From Magallana gigas (taxonomy: Eukaryota), in NCBI RefSeq assembly GCF_963853765.1, contig NC_088859.1, positions 48,546,001-48,610,000 of the forward strand: 64,000 bases of DNA, written 5' to 3'. How positions within the stretch are numbered: position 1 is the stretch's first letter; each line of letters begins with the position of its first letter. Positions 63,685-64,000 of this stretch are shown in pieces. The notes beneath the pieces are model-generated. The model was not told the DNA's origin. It saw only the letters and a program-made list of their open reading frames with translations, and did not search any database. A program made the position numbers and the translations under genes.

Positions 63685-64000
63685 GTTTCGTATCATGTTT
63701 TTTAATGGATACAAATATACAGGCAGTCATGCGGTCAATGACTTGTGGGGGTGAATTGAAAGACGACATTAGTTTTTGTTAATGTGAATAATCAAAATTG
63801 ATTTTTTTCCACTTTGTATGTCGATAACTTGCTGCATTTCACATAAATAACATGAGATTTATTAGTCTTTTGGAATATAAAAGAACTTGAACTTGAGTTT
63901 TAAGCAGGACACGATAACAGAAACAGAACAAAGCACTGTCGTAATATTACATCTTTTATAAGGTCGTTGCCCCCAAGATTTTAAAAAGACAACCGGCATG

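Overview
AT-rich, intron-containing animal genomic DNA with two N-gaps. The repeat style and frequent TACATGTA octamers suggest a bivalve such as an oyster; this is inference. Gene models read from splice sites and frames: a 2-exon LigB/4,5-DOPA-dioxygenase-like gene (-) head-to-head with dynactin subunit 4 (+, 14 exons); a 16-exon TNIP/ABIN-like gene (+) with a UBAN domain and a TAB2-like NZF; two divergent single-exon basic paralogues (-) of unknown family sharing a KxVQF motif and a DPRY-LEKxL domain; a 107-aa two-exon orphan (+); a 3-exon Ly6/uPAR-like protein (-); an intronless class A GPCR (-); and CEP20/FOPNL (+). Between the genes are TIR elements and MITEs, including a 3-kb CCC-terminal element, LINE fragments, nested insertions and several satellites, one with a hairpin in each unit. 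No CRISPR array, rRNA or intact tRNA was supported.
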